Below are positions 40,566 through 53,430 of a stretch of DNA of 64,000 bases, in pieces; positions within the stretch are counted from its first letter, which is position 1; each line of letters starts with the position of its first letter. The stretch comes from an uncultured Alphaproteobacteria bacterium (GTDB taxonomy: Bacteria > Pseudomonadota > Alphaproteobacteria > Methylaequorales > Methylaequoraceae), in the NCBI GenBank assembly GCA_902522465.1, contig CABYVV010000006.1:2387-66386 (forward strand), in the 5' to 3' direction. Made by a program: the position numbers and the translations under genes. Below the pieces are notes generated by a model. It was not told the origin of the DNA. It saw only the letters and a program-made list of their open reading frames with translations, and did no database searches.

Positions 40566-41254
40566 TGAAATATCTTTTTATTATTTTTCTTTTAATTGGA
40601 TGTTCAGAAAATAATAACTCCTACTTTCCTCTAGAATCAAGCAGATCGTGGTCTTACAAAGTTGAAATTCAGCCAGAAATAGAACAAAAAACCATTTATA
40701 AAAAGGTCAACCTATCTCTTGGTAAAAAAAAAATAAAAATAAACGGTGAAGAGAACTCACTTTATCCTTTTATGAGAGAAGATGGATCAATTTTCTTCTA
40801 TGCTTCAAATAGAAATGGTGTTCACAGAAAAGGATATAAATTCCTAAAGGACAAGAAAGTCATGGCTGATAAAGAAGAAAGGATTGTACTACCAAGGCCA
40901 CTCAAAATTGGAAAAAAATGGGAAGTTCAAAGCAAAACTTATTTAATACTAAAAAGATACCCTTATTACGATTACCGAGCCACTACTAATTTTGAAATAA
41001 AATACAAAATCAAATCTGAGAATGAAATTGTTAACACTCCTGCTGGGAAATTTAAAAATTGTCTTTTAGTTGAAGGTTTTGGAAAAACAAAATTTATAGG
41101 AGATAGTGAAATTGGAACTATAGAAATAACAATAACATCAAAAGAATGGTATGCGAAAGGTGTTGGATTGATCAAATCTTTGAGAGTTGAAAAAACAGAC
41201 TCTGATCTATTTGGAACAACAAAAATGACTCAAATTCTTGAGGATTATAAGTAA
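40562..41254 (+). CDS. Uncharacterised lipoprotein
   Basis: LLIGC lipobox; YFPL...W.Y, V.TPAGKF.NC, WYAKGVGLIK; GTGA overlap with upstream gene. Confidence 0.75.
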   Translation: MMKYLFIIFLLIGCSENNNSYFPLESSRSWSYKVEIQPEIEQKTIYKKVNLSLGKKKIKINGEENSLYPFMREDGSIFFYASNRNGVHRKGYKFLKDKKVMADKEERIVLPRPLKIGKKWEVQSKTYLILKRYPYYDYRATTNFEIKYKIKSENEIVNTPAGKFKNCLLVEGFGKTKFIGDSEIGTIEITITSKEWYAKGVGLIKSLRVEKTDSDLFGTTKMTQILEDYK

Positions 41255-41265
41255 AACATTTATTT

Positions 41266-42273
41266 ATGGTTATTAATAAAACAATTTTTATTTTTTTTTT
41301 CTCCTTATTAGTGCTCTACCTTGGTAAATTTATATTATTACCTCTCTCGATTTCACTATTCATTTATCTAGTAATAAAGTCTCTATCTAATAAATTTTTA
41401 ATTTATATTAATAATTTTTTTAAAATTAAATTAAGCGAATTTTTGGCTTTATTAATTGTATTTCTAATATTATTCAGTTTCCTATATTTTTTCTGGATAA
41501 TACTTGAATTTAATATTACTCGAGTAAAACAAAAATCACTTGTATATCAAAATAATTTAAATGACATACTCGATTTATTCTCAAATACAATAATCAAAAG
41601 AATAATACCTTTAAATGATGTTTTTAATGATTTAGATTTTATGAATATTTTTTCAAAAACGTTAAATAGCTTATCAAATTTAGCAGGAAGTTTCTCTTTC
41701 ATAATAATACTTTTAATTTTTTTTATTATTGAAGAAAAGTATTTTGTTAGAAAATTAAAACTCATTGTTAACAAAAAAAATATGCAAATAATAAAAAAGA
41801 TAAATTATGATATTTTCTATTATTTTCAAATAAAATTCTTTACAAGCTTTTTGACAGGTTTTTCCACGTTCATTGTTTTATATTTCCTACAAAATGACCT
41901 AGCACCAACATTTGGTTTACTCTCATTTATTCTTAATTTCATACCTCTAATTGGATCACTAGTTTCAATTTTACTACCTTTTGTTTTTTCTGGAATCCAA
42001 TTCCTAAGTTTTTATGAACCGACTTTAACATTAATTACACTTACAATTATTCAAATTTTTATTGGTAACTTTTTAGAACCTAAGATGATGGGAAATACAC
42101 TGAATATTAGCCCATTAGTCATGATTTTATTCTTATCATTAATGGGAAAACTTTGGGGAATTGCCGGTATGTTTTTAAGTGTTCCTTTTTTGGTTGTTAT
42201 TTTGATAATACTTAGAAGAATCAATTCTACAAAAAAAATTGCTATTTTCTTATCAGAAAAAGGCAATAATTAA
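41266..42273 (+). CDS. AI-2E family transporter
   Basis: LNFIP.IG, Q..IGNFLEPK.MG..LNISP, WGIAGMFLSVP. Confidence 0.9.
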   Translation: MVINKTIFIFFFSLLVLYLGKFILLPLSISLFIYLVIKSLSNKFLIYINNFFKIKLSEFLALLIVFLILFSFLYFFWIILEFNITRVKQKSLVYQNNLNDILDLFSNTIIKRIIPLNDVFNDLDFMNIFSKTLNSLSNLAGSFSFIIILLIFFIIEEKYFVRKLKLIVNKKNMQIIKKINYDIFYYFQIKFFTSFLTGFSTFIVLYFLQNDLAPTFGLLSFILNFIPLIGSLVSILLPFVFSGIQFLSFYEPTLTLITLTIIQIFIGNFLEPKMMGNTLNISPLVMILFLSLMGKLWGIAGMFLSVPFLVVILIILRRINSTKKIAIFLSEKGNN

Positions 42274-43364
42274 TTAAATTTTATCTTTCTATCAAGAGAA
42301 AGGATTATTCCAAAACCAATAAAATAGGTAAGCATTGATGATCCACCATATGATACCAATGGAAGAGGTAACCCAACAATAGGTAAAATTCCAATTACCA
42401 TAGACATATTAATAAATGATGCAAAAAAGAAGTTTGTAATTACACCATATCCAACAATACGATTAAAATTATCGTGAACAAATCTTCCGGTAATATAATA
42501 AGCCATATAAGTTATTAAACAAATAAGACCTACTACTGATATTGTGCCAAAGAAACCAAACTCTTCTCCAAGCATTGAAAAAATAAAATCTGTATGTTTT
42601 TCAGGTAAAAAATCCAGATGTGATTGAGTCCCTTTTGTCCAACCCTTTCCGAATGTTCCGCCTGAACCAACTGCAATTTGAGATTGTATGATGTGATAGC
42701 CAGAACCCAAAGGATCATTCTCAGGATCAAAAAGTGTTAAAATTCTTTGTTTTTGATATTCTTTAAGTCCACCCCAAAGATAGGGTGTAATAATCAATGA
42801 TAGAAGTCCAAGAATACCAAAAAATTTAAATGTTATTCCAGAGATAAAAAAAATTACTACACTTACAAAAAGAATAAGCATAGCTGTGCCAAGATCTGGT
42901 TGAATTAATATCAGAATAAAAGGTATTACAACTAATGTTAAGGGGACAAATAAAAATAAGTAGTCTCTTGGTTCATGCATTTTTTTTTCGTCAAAAAATT
43001 TAGCTAAAGAAACAATTAGAAAAATTTTCATGATTTCTGATGGTTGGAAATTTATACCATAAAAGTTTATCCATCTTCGTGCTCCTTTTCCTAAGTATCC
43101 GTAAAATGAGGCAATAATTAACAAGACAAGTCCAATAAAATAAAAAATGTAAGCATTTTTTTTCCAAAATTCTATCTCGACCAAACCAAATAGAATCATC
43201 AGTGAAAATCCAAAAATTATTTTATATACATGAGAAATTAAAATATTTGATTCTTCTCCAAAAGTTGCACTATAAATCATTACCAAACCAACAAAACTCA
43301 AAAAGCCAACTAGAAAAATAAAAAACCAGTTTAGATTTTTAAATTTAATTATTAATTCCGACAT
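42270..43364 (-). CDS. rodA: Rod shape-determining protein RodA
   Basis: GARRW, FQPSE, QPDLGT, LPEKHTDFIF, SYGGSS. Confidence 0.97.
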   Translation of the reverse strand: MSELIIKFKNLNWFFIFLVGFLSFVGLVMIYSATFGEESNILISHVYKIIFGFSLMILFGLVEIEFWKKNAYIFYFIGLVLLIIASFYGYLGKGARRWINFYGINFQPSEIMKIFLIVSLAKFFDEKKMHEPRDYLFLFVPLTLVVIPFILILIQPDLGTAMLILFVSVVIFFISGITFKFFGILGLLSLIITPYLWGGLKEYQKQRILTLFDPENDPLGSGYHIIQSQIAVGSGGTFGKGWTKGTQSHLDFLPEKHTDFIFSMLGEEFGFFGTISVVGLICLITYMAYYITGRFVHDNFNRIVGYGVITNFFFASFINMSMVIGILPIVGLPLPLVSYGGSSMLTYFIGFGIILSLDRKIKFN

Positions 43365-45143
43365 TTATAAGTATTTCTTCAAAGCCAATTGCATAACTCT
43401 TTTTGCAATTGGTGCTGCAACTTTAGATCCACTACCCATATGTTCAGCAACTACTGTCATTGCAAATTTAGGTTTATCGAAGGGCGCGTAACAGGTAAAA
43501 ATTGAATGATCTCTTAGCTTGTAAACTAAATCTTCATTTTTAATAACTCCATCTTTTCTCTCTCTTTCCTCTAGGGATATTTTCCTAACTTGAGATGTTC
43601 CAGTTTTACCAGCCATTTTCTGAATACCTGAAAGTTTTGAGGAGAATGCTGTTCCATTAATTTCATTCACAACCGAATACATTGATTTTTTAATGAAATT
43701 TAAATTATTTTTATTAATTTGAAGATCCTCAAATTTTCTATTTTTATATACAACACTTGGAAGTATTTTTTTTCCTGTTGCAATTCTTGCTGTCATGACC
43801 GATATTTGCAAAGGAGTAGAAAGCATAAATCCCTGGCCAATAACTGTATTAAATGTTTCTCCTTTTTGCCATTTTTCGCCTCTATTTTTAATTTTCCATA
43901 AACTATCTGGCATTAATCCATTCAATTCGTTAGGAATATCAATACCCGTGGATTTCCCTAGTGAAAAAATTTTCGAAAATTCTGCTAAATCATCTACTTT
44001 AAGTTCTTTTGCTAAATTATAAAAGTAACAATCACAAGATTTCTTGATAGCCTCGAACAAATTAACCTCACCATGTCCTTCTTTTTTCCAACAATGAAAT
44101 TTTCTTTTTCCAAGTTTTACATGACCTGAACAAAAAAACTTTCTATTTTTATTATAATTCAGATTTTCAATTGCATGCAATGCAGCAATTAATTTATAAG
44201 TTGAACCAGGGGAATAAAGTCCTGCAACACATCTGTTCAATAATGGATTAAATTTATCATCAAGCAATGAATTCCATTTTTCTACACTTACTCCATCGCT
44301 AAATTCATTATTATTAAACGAAGGAGAAGAAACAAGACAGTTAACACCTCCATTTATGCAATCAATCATTACAACCGCACCACTAATCCCTTTCATTTCT
44401 TCGTAAGCTTTTTCTTGAATTTCTCCAATCAAAAAAGTTTTAATATTTCCTCCTGGAATCGCATTTTTTTTCTTAATTTCTTTTTTTATTTCTCCCTTTG
44501 AATTAGTCTCAAATTTGATCCATCCATCTGAACCTAGAAGTTTTGAATCAAGCTTTTTTTCAATACCTGATATTCCATATTTTAGATTTGATAGTTTTTT
44601 TTTTTCAATCTCTCTTTTATAACCAACATAACCTAATACATGAGAAAAAATTAAATCGTTTTTGTAATTTCTCACTCTTTCTTTTGTTATTATCAAAAAA
44701 GGAAATTTATTTTTCATAAATTCTAAAAATTCCAACTCATTCCATGTTAAACTTTTTTTTATTATTATAAAATCAGATAGATCTTGTTCCGACAGATTTA
44801 CTTTAATATCCTGTAAATCTTTTTTTGAAAATTCGATGTGTCCATTTAATTTTAAAATATATTTATTAATTAAATTTTTTTTGTCTTTGAATATACTTAA
44901 TTGATAATCAGTTTTATTAGATGCAATAGGTTGATCATAAAAATCAAAGATAGTTCCCCTCTCAGGATATAATATCTTTACCTTTAATCTATTTATATCT
45001 GATAATTTTCCGTATTTTGATTTTTGAAGAATTTGAAGATAAAATAATTTTCCAAAAATTAGTAATGATAAAAAAGATTTTGAAAGGCCAAGAATTAGTG
45101 CTCTTCTTCTTAATTTCTTTTCTAAATTAACATCTCTACTCAT
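43365..45143 (-). CDS. mrdA: Penicillin-binding protein 2
   Basis: PGSTYK, SCD, KTGT motifs; between mreD and rodA. Confidence 0.96.
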   Translation of the reverse strand: MSRDVNLEKKLRRRALILGLSKSFLSLLIFGKLFYLQILQKSKYGKLSDINRLKVKILYPERGTIFDFYDQPIASNKTDYQLSIFKDKKNLINKYILKLNGHIEFSKKDLQDIKVNLSEQDLSDFIIIKKSLTWNELEFLEFMKNKFPFLIITKERVRNYKNDLIFSHVLGYVGYKREIEKKKLSNLKYGISGIEKKLDSKLLGSDGWIKFETNSKGEIKKEIKKKNAIPGGNIKTFLIGEIQEKAYEEMKGISGAVVMIDCINGGVNCLVSSPSFNNNEFSDGVSVEKWNSLLDDKFNPLLNRCVAGLYSPGSTYKLIAALHAIENLNYNKNRKFFCSGHVKLGKRKFHCWKKEGHGEVNLFEAIKKSCDCYFYNLAKELKVDDLAEFSKIFSLGKSTGIDIPNELNGLMPDSLWKIKNRGEKWQKGETFNTVIGQGFMLSTPLQISVMTARIATGKKILPSVVYKNRKFEDLQINKNNLNFIKKSMYSVVNEINGTAFSSKLSGIQKMAGKTGTSQVRKISLEERERKDGVIKNEDLVYKLRDHSIFTCYAPFDKPKFAMTVVAEHMGSGSKVAAPIAKRVMQLALKKYL

Positions 45144-45633
45144 GATAGTTTTTAAATTTAAAACTTAATTTATTTACAATTTTAAAAAACAATGGAAACA
45201 AAGCAATAGTAAATATAAAACTTACCATTAAATTTTGGAAACTAATTGAAGAAATGCCCAAAAATAACTTAATAAAAAGTGTTAGTGACAAGTATGTAGT
45301 TAAACCAATAATAAATTTTACCCATATTTCTTTTAAATCATAAGTTGTTAAATCACTAAATAACTTTCTTCTTGAATATTGAATTGATAAGAAAAATAAG
45401 CAGGTTATTCCAACAATATCCCCATTTAATAAATCATAAACAACTGTCATAACTAAAATAGAGAATGGAGAAAATTTTTTATGATCGATATATACCCAAG
45501 TATAGATTACTGTGAAAAACATGTATGGTTTTATTAGTTGATCTTGTAGTAAATAATTCGGTGAAAATTCAAAGAAAATAAAAAAAAGAATAAATAAATA
45601 AGGAAGAGATTTGAATATTAAATTATTAAGCAT
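45136..45633 (-). CDS. mreD: Rod shape-determining protein MreD
   Basis: Hydrophobic 165-aa protein between mreC and mrdA. Confidence 0.75.
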   Translation of the reverse strand: MLNNLIFKSLPYLFILFFIFFEFSPNYLLQDQLIKPYMFFTVIYTWVYIDHKKFSPFSILVMTVVYDLLNGDIVGITCLFFLSIQYSRRKLFSDLTTYDLKEIWVKFIIGLTTYLSLTLFIKLFLGISSISFQNLMVSFIFTIALFPLFFKIVNKLSFKFKNYHE

Positions 45634-45639
45634 TTAAAA

Positions 45640-46479
45640 TTAATCTTTAAATTCTTTTTTAAAATTATAAATAAGAACATTAACATAAATGGAATCTGTA
45701 TTTTTTGCAAATGGGATCAAAAATACATCATTTAGTGTTTTAAAGATTCTTCCAATTTTTATACCCTCTTTGAAGTATCCTGCAGCATCAGTAGATACAA
45801 CTATCTCGCCATGTTTTAAATCAAACTTTTGTTCAACATGCTTTAATTCTAACCTTTCTTTTCTACCTTGAACAAAAAATGATTTTTTTGATTCAATTGA
45901 TGTTACTGGTATTATTGAATTTTGATTAAAAATAGTTAAAACTTTCGAAGAATTTGATCCCAACTCTATAACCCTCCCAATTAGTCCTTTCTCATTGAAA
46001 ACAACATCATTAATCTTTAAACCATCATTTTTTCCAACATCTATATATAAAATTGAACCATCATCTTTATATGCATCAATAAGAATTCTAGCTGTAATTT
46101 TCTTAAGGTAATCAACCTCTTTAATATCCATAATATTTTTTAATCTTCTATTTTCTAATATTAAGAAATTATTTTTGTCTAATTGTTTTTTTAGGGCTTT
46201 ATTTTCCTTAATAAGTTCCTCATTAATTTTTTTTGCTTTTGTAACCTCATCAAAATAAGTAATTGACTGATTAATTAACTGAAAAGGTTTTTGAACAAAT
46301 ATAAAAAAAGGTTTTCCAATAGACATTACATTATACCTAGCGGATTTGATGAAAGAACTGTTAGTTATTGACAATATAAAAAGAAATACTGAAATAGAAC
46401 AACATAATATTACATTCAAAACATAGCTGTTAAGCATGCTTGAATTTAATCCCCTTCCAAAAGACGACTTATTTACCAT
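45640..46479 (-). CDS. mreC: Rod shape-determining protein MreC
   Basis: TM, coiled coil, ENRRLK, GLIGRV; follows mreB. Confidence 0.9.
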   Translation of the reverse strand: MVNKSSFGRGLNSSMLNSYVLNVILCCSISVFLFILSITNSSFIKSARYNVMSIGKPFFIFVQKPFQLINQSITYFDEVTKAKKINEELIKENKALKKQLDKNNFLILENRRLKNIMDIKEVDYLKKITARILIDAYKDDGSILYIDVGKNDGLKINDVVFNEKGLIGRVIELGSNSSKVLTIFNQNSIIPVTSIESKKSFFVQGRKERLELKHVEQKFDLKHGEIVVSTDAAGYFKEGIKIGRIFKTLNDVFLIPFAKNTDSIYVNVLIYNFKKEFKD

Positions 46480-46483
46480 AAGC

Positions 46484-47530
<1,047 letters not shown>

Positions 47531-47567
47531 TTATTTTCTACATCCATAAGTCATAAAAAGCAATAAA

Positions 47568-49151
47568 TTAAATTACATGTTTGTCCAATTTCGAACTAGA
47601 AGTCTGTAACAATGATTTTGAGTCTAATACCTTTTTTCTTTTCATAATCAATTTATTCATAGCATTTATATAAGCCTTAGCAGATGCAACCATAGTATCT
47701 ACATCACTTCCAAGCCCTTGGACTGTAATCGAATTCTCTTCTAAGCGAACGTTAACCTCTGCTTGAGCATCTGTTCCTTTAGTTATAGCATTTACCTGAT
47801 AAATCATAAGGTTGGCTTTATTTGGTATTATTGTTTTTAAACTATTAAATATTGCATCAATAGGACCATTACCTGTTTTTTTAATAGTTTTCTTTTCTCC
47901 AAAAATACTTAATTTCAAGGTTGCCTCTGACTTCTTTATTGTCCCACATTTTAAAGAAAGATCTAATAGCTCTATATAATTTTTCTTTTTAAAATTTTTT
48001 TCATCATCTATTAGTGCGTAAATATCTTCCTCAAAGACTTGTTTTTTTTTATCAGCTAGATCTTTAAACTTTTTAAAAAGCATATTAATTTTTTTCTCTT
48101 CAAATTCATAACCAAGGTCTGACAATTTTACCTTAAAAGCATGTCTTCCAGAATGTTTTCCTAGAACTAGTTCAGAGGATGAGAGACCAATAGAATCAGG
48201 TGTTATAATCTCATAAGTATTTGAATTTTTAAGCATACCATCTTGATGAATTCCTGATTCATGTGCAAATGCGTTCTTCCCAACTATAGCTTTATTTGGC
48301 TGAACAGGAAACCCCGTAATACTTGAAACTAAATGAGAAATTAAAGTAATCTTTTTTGTGTCGACTTCAGAAAAGAAAGGAAGAAGATCGCTTCTTGTTT
48401 TCAAACACATGACAACTTCCTCAAGCGCAGCGTTTCCTGCTCTTTCTCCTATTCCATTGATTGTGCATTCTATTTGTCGTGCACCATTGGTAATTGCAGA
48501 AAGTGAGTTTGAAACTGCTAAACCCAAATCATTATGACAATGGACAGAAATTACCGATTTATCGATGTTTGAAACATTAACTTTAATTTTTTTTATCAAA
48601 TTTCCAAATTCTTCTGGGATAGCGTAACCGACTGTATCAGGTATATTGATTGTTTTAGCCCCTGATTTTATGGCAACTTCAATACTTTTATATAAAAAAT
48701 TTAAATCTGTTCTTGATGCGTCTTCAGGAGACCACTCAATATCATCAGTATATCTTGCTGCCCTCGCAATACTTTTTTTTATTGAATCCAGAACTTCTTT
48801 TTTTGACATTTTTAATTTATACTTCATGTGAAGGTTACTTGTAGAAATAAATGTATGGATTCTTCTTCTTTTGGCGTATCCCAATGCTTCGCCAGCTGCG
48901 TCAATATCTTTATATTGGGCTCTAGCTAAACCACACACAACAGAATATTTTGATATTTCAGATATTTTTTTTACTGCTTGAAAATCACCTTTTGATGCAA
49001 AAGGGAAACCTGCTTCGATAATGTCCACTTTCATATCATTTAATTTAGAAGCAATCTCCACCTTATCTTCTACAGACATGGATGCGCCTGCAGACTGCTC
49101 ACCATCTCTTAATGTAGTATCAAAAATTAAAACTTTTTCTTTGTTCATCAT
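47568..49151 (-). CDS. leuA: 2-isopropylmalate synthase
   Basis: DTTLRDGEQ, HCHNDLG, GERAGN, HQDG, GNGPIDA. Confidence 0.98.
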   Translation of the reverse strand: MMNKEKVLIFDTTLRDGEQSAGASMSVEDKVEIASKLNDMKVDIIEAGFPFASKGDFQAVKKISEISKYSVVCGLARAQYKDIDAAGEALGYAKRRRIHTFISTSNLHMKYKLKMSKKEVLDSIKKSIARAARYTDDIEWSPEDASRTDLNFLYKSIEVAIKSGAKTINIPDTVGYAIPEEFGNLIKKIKVNVSNIDKSVISVHCHNDLGLAVSNSLSAITNGARQIECTINGIGERAGNAALEEVVMCLKTRSDLLPFFSEVDTKKITLISHLVSSITGFPVQPNKAIVGKNAFAHESGIHQDGMLKNSNTYEIITPDSIGLSSSELVLGKHSGRHAFKVKLSDLGYEFEEKKINMLFKKFKDLADKKKQVFEEDIYALIDDEKNFKKKNYIELLDLSLKCGTIKKSEATLKLSIFGEKKTIKKTGNGPIDAIFNSLKTIIPNKANLMIYQVNAITKGTDAQAEVNVRLEENSITVQGLGSDVDTMVASAKAYINAMNKLIMKRKKVLDSKSLLQTSSSKLDKHVI

Positions 49152-49162
49152 TTATAATATTA

Positions 49163-50191
<1,029 letters not shown>

Positions 50192-50704
50192 TTATTTTTT
50201 TATATATTCAGTTCCAAGTGCCATTGAAACTAAACCTGATCTGGTCAGTTCAATGATATTATATTTGTTGAGCTTTGTTGTCATTTTGGATATCTCAGAG
50301 GGTGTGCCTGAAAATTCAATAATTAATTCACCATTATTATCAAATAGTATTTCTGCTCCATGTTTTTTTATAAATTCATAAATTTTAGAAACTGACTTCT
50401 TTTTTACATTCAATTTGATTAAAATCAACTCTTTTCCTATAAAGCTGTTCAATTCTGATATATCAATCAAATTATGAACTGGAATTAATTTATTTAATTG
50501 AGCCTTAATTTGATCAATTATTATTTTTGTTCCAGATGTAACAATCGTGACTCTCGACAAGAATTTATCAGAATCAACTTCTGATACAGACAAACTCTCG
50601 ATATTATAACCCCTACCCGAAAACAAACCAACAACTCTTGCCAGCACTCCAGGTTCATTATCAACCATAATAGAAAGTATATGTTTAGTATTTGATTCGT
50701 TCAT
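50192..50704 (-). CDS. ilvN: Acetolactate synthase small subunit
   Basis: NEPGVLARVVGLFSGRGYNIESL. Confidence 0.96.
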   Translation of the reverse strand: MNESNTKHILSIMVDNEPGVLARVVGLFSGRGYNIESLSVSEVDSDKFLSRVTIVTSGTKIIIDQIKAQLNKLIPVHNLIDISELNSFIGKELILIKLNVKKKSVSKIYEFIKKHGAEILFDNNGELIIEFSGTPSEISKMTTKLNKYNIIELTRSGLVSMALGTEYIKK

Positions 50705-50715
50705 TTTTAGAAATG

Positions 50716-52473
50716 CTAAACTAAAACCATTCCCTCTTCAGATATTTCTCCTTCTACTTTATCGTTTGGTCCTAAAAGCATTTTATCATGGGTTGATCCA
50801 GAAGGAATCATTGGAAAACAATTCTCCTTTGGGTCAACTACAACATCACAAATCACCGGTCCTTTTATTTTTATCATCTCTTTAATCAGATCATCAACTT
50901 CACTAGGTTTTACTACTCTTAATCCAGTAGCTCCAAAAGATTCTGCTAATTTCACAAAATCGGGTAGAGAATCCATGTAAGATTCTGAAAGTCTGTTTCC
51001 ATGAAGCAATTCTTGCCATTGTCTTACCATTCCCATATAGTGATTATTTAAAATAAATACTTTAACTGGAAGCCTATATTGTTTAATTGTGGACATTTCT
51101 TGAATATTCATAAGTATAGATGCTTCACCTGCAACATCAATTACTAACTCATTGGGATGAGCTATTTGGACTCCCATCGCTGCCGGCAAACCATAACCCA
51201 TTGTTCCTAAACCACCAGAAGTCATCCAATGCTTAGGTTTATTAAATGTTAAAAATTGAGCTGCCCACATCTGATGCTGACCTACCTCGGTTGTTATAAA
51301 TGGATTTAAATGCTTTGTCAGAAAATCTAATCTTTGTAACGCATACTGAGGTTTAATAATAGTTGAAGATTTTTTATATTTTAAACAGTCTCTAGATCTC
51401 CATTTTTCTATTTGCTTCCACCAATTACTAATTTTTTTTTTTGAAAAAGTTATTTTCATTTCACTTATAATTTTTAGTGTCATCTCTAAAATTTTTGTTA
51501 GGTCACCTTGTATTAATAAATCAGCATTTACACTTTTATTGAACGAAGAAGGATCGATATCCATGTGAACCTTTTTAGATTTAGGAGAAAATCCAGAGAC
51601 TTTACCTGTAATTCTGTCATCAAATCTAGCACCAACACAAATCATAAGGTCTGATTGATGCATTGCAAGATTGGCCTCGTAAGTTCCATGCATACCAAGC
51701 ATTCCAATAGATTGTTTATCTGAAGTCGGAAATGCACCTAAGCCCATAAGGGTCTGCGTACAAGGAAATTGTGAAGCCTTTAAAAGTTTTTTTAGTAATA
51801 TTGATGCTTTTGAACCAGAATTTATAACTCCTCCTCCAACATAAAAAATTGGTTTTTTTGCGGATGTTAAATATTCTACAAATTTTTTTATTTGAGATAT
51901 TTCAGGCTTAATTTTAGGACGATAAAATGAAAAAGACTTCATTTGCTTTTTTCCTAAGTATTTGGTTTCAAAGGTTTGGATATCCTTAGGTATATCTACT
52001 AAAACTGGACCTGGCCTTCCATTTTTTGCGATGTAAAATGCTGAATGAATACAATTTCCCAATTTCGAAACATCTTTAACTAGATAGTTATGTTTTGTAC
52101 ATGGCCTAGTTATTCCAACAATATCTGCCTCTTGAAAAGCATCATTACCAATCATGTGTGTTGGAACCTGTCCAGAAATACAAACAACAGGGATTGAATC
52201 CATCATTGCATCTGTTAAACCAGTAACTGTATTGGTTGCACCCGGTCCTGAAGTAACTAAAACAACGCCAACTTTTCCTGTTGATCTTGCATAGCCCTCC
52301 GCTGCATGAACAGCACCCTGCTCGTGACGCACCAATATATGTCTTATTTTTTTTTGCTTGAAAAGTTCATCATATATTGGTAACACAGCACCACCTGGGT
52401 AACCGAATATTACCTCAACATTTTCTTGTATTAAGGCCTCGATAACTATTCTAGCACCTGTTAATTTTTTCAT
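50716..52473 (-). CDS. ilvB: Acetolactate synthase large subunit
   Basis: FGYPGGAVL, RHEQ, TSGPGATN, VGQHQMW, SGGLGTMG. Confidence 0.97.
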   Translation of the reverse strand: MKKLTGARIVIEALIQENVEVIFGYPGGAVLPIYDELFKQKKIRHILVRHEQGAVHAAEGYARSTGKVGVVLVTSGPGATNTVTGLTDAMMDSIPVVCISGQVPTHMIGNDAFQEADIVGITRPCTKHNYLVKDVSKLGNCIHSAFYIAKNGRPGPVLVDIPKDIQTFETKYLGKKQMKSFSFYRPKIKPEISQIKKFVEYLTSAKKPIFYVGGGVINSGSKASILLKKLLKASQFPCTQTLMGLGAFPTSDKQSIGMLGMHGTYEANLAMHQSDLMICVGARFDDRITGKVSGFSPKSKKVHMDIDPSSFNKSVNADLLIQGDLTKILEMTLKIISEMKITFSKKKISNWWKQIEKWRSRDCLKYKKSSTIIKPQYALQRLDFLTKHLNPFITTEVGQHQMWAAQFLTFNKPKHWMTSGGLGTMGYGLPAAMGVQIAHPNELVIDVAGEASILMNIQEMSTIKQYRLPVKVFILNNHYMGMVRQWQELLHGNRLSESYMDSLPDFVKLAESFGATGLRVVKPSEVDDLIKEMIKIKGPVICDVVVDPKENCFPMIPSGSTHDKMLLGPNDKVEGEISEEGMVLV

Positions 52474-52527
52474 AATAATATAAAGTAAACCAAAAAAATT
52501 ATTAACTCATTAAAAAAATTAAAAATT

Positions 52528-53424
52528 CTAAATATTCTTTAATATAAATTCCTTAGCATCAGAGTAGTTCATTTTTACGGACTCAATCGATTTATTCTTA
52601 AACCAAGTCATTTGTCTTTTAGCATATCTCCTTGTGTCAGTAGAAAACGAATCCAAAGTGGAATCGAAATCTATTTCACCTTTAATATATTTTTCTATCA
52701 CACTTAAACCAATTGCTTTATGAAGTGGATGGTGAATATTTTTTTTCTCTTTCATGAACTCGTCAACTTCCTCAACCACTCCGGATTTTAACATATAAGA
52801 GCATCTTTTATTTATATTGTCATAAAGAACATCTCTGTCATCACATATCACGACATAAAGAATTTTTTTAAAAAATTTATTTGAAAATTTTTTGTGCCAA
52901 TATGATAAATTTTTCCCAGTTCCAATTTTTACAGATACTGCTCTCAAAATTCTTTGGGAATCATTTTTAGAAATTTTTTGAGAGTAATCATAATCTATTT
53001 TTTGAAGTTTTTTATAGAAAAAATCCTTTCCAAGCCTCGAATATAGTTCCTCCACTTTTTTTATTATTTTCATTGAAATTTTAGGTATTGGAGACACTTT
53101 TCCAAATAAACTGTCTAAATACAAACCTGTTCCACCAACAAAAATAGGCACACTGTCGTTATACTTTATTAATAATTTTTTAACGCTCTTATTCCATATA
53201 CCAAGATTACACTTTTTAGGGTATTTTAAAAAACTAAAAAGTTCACAAGAATAGTTTTTTAAATGTAGTTTTGAAGGAACATTAGTTAAGTCATTTAATC
53301 TATTGTAGATTTGCATACTATCTGCATTAACAATGAAACTTTTAATCTTACGTTGAATTTCAAAAGCTAATCTTGTTTTACCAATCGCTGTTGGGCCACC
53401 AATTAAAATTGCAAAAGGATACAA
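52528..53424 (-). CDS. miaA: tRNA dimethylallyltransferase
   Basis: GPTAIGKT, NADSMQIY, VGGTGLY, TRRYAKRQ.TW. Confidence 0.96.
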   Translation of the reverse strand: MYPFAILIGGPTAIGKTRLAFEIQRKIKSFIVNADSMQIYNRLNDLTNVPSKLHLKNYSCELFSFLKYPKKCNLGIWNKSVKKLLIKYNDSVPIFVGGTGLYLDSLFGKVSPIPKISMKIIKKVEELYSRLGKDFFYKKLQKIDYDYSQKISKNDSQRILRAVSVKIGTGKNLSYWHKKFSNKFFKKILYVVICDDRDVLYDNINKRCSYMLKSGVVEEVDEFMKEKKNIHHPLHKAIGLSVIEKYIKGEIDFDSTLDSFSTDTRRYAKRQMTWFKNKSIESVKMNYSDAKEFILKNI

Positions 53425-53430
53425 GTGTGA

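Noticed and set aside
52474-52527. ilv leader peptide or attenuator
   Set aside because: The gap is only ~54 nt of AT-rich sequence with no Ile/Val/Leu-rich ORF or hairpin
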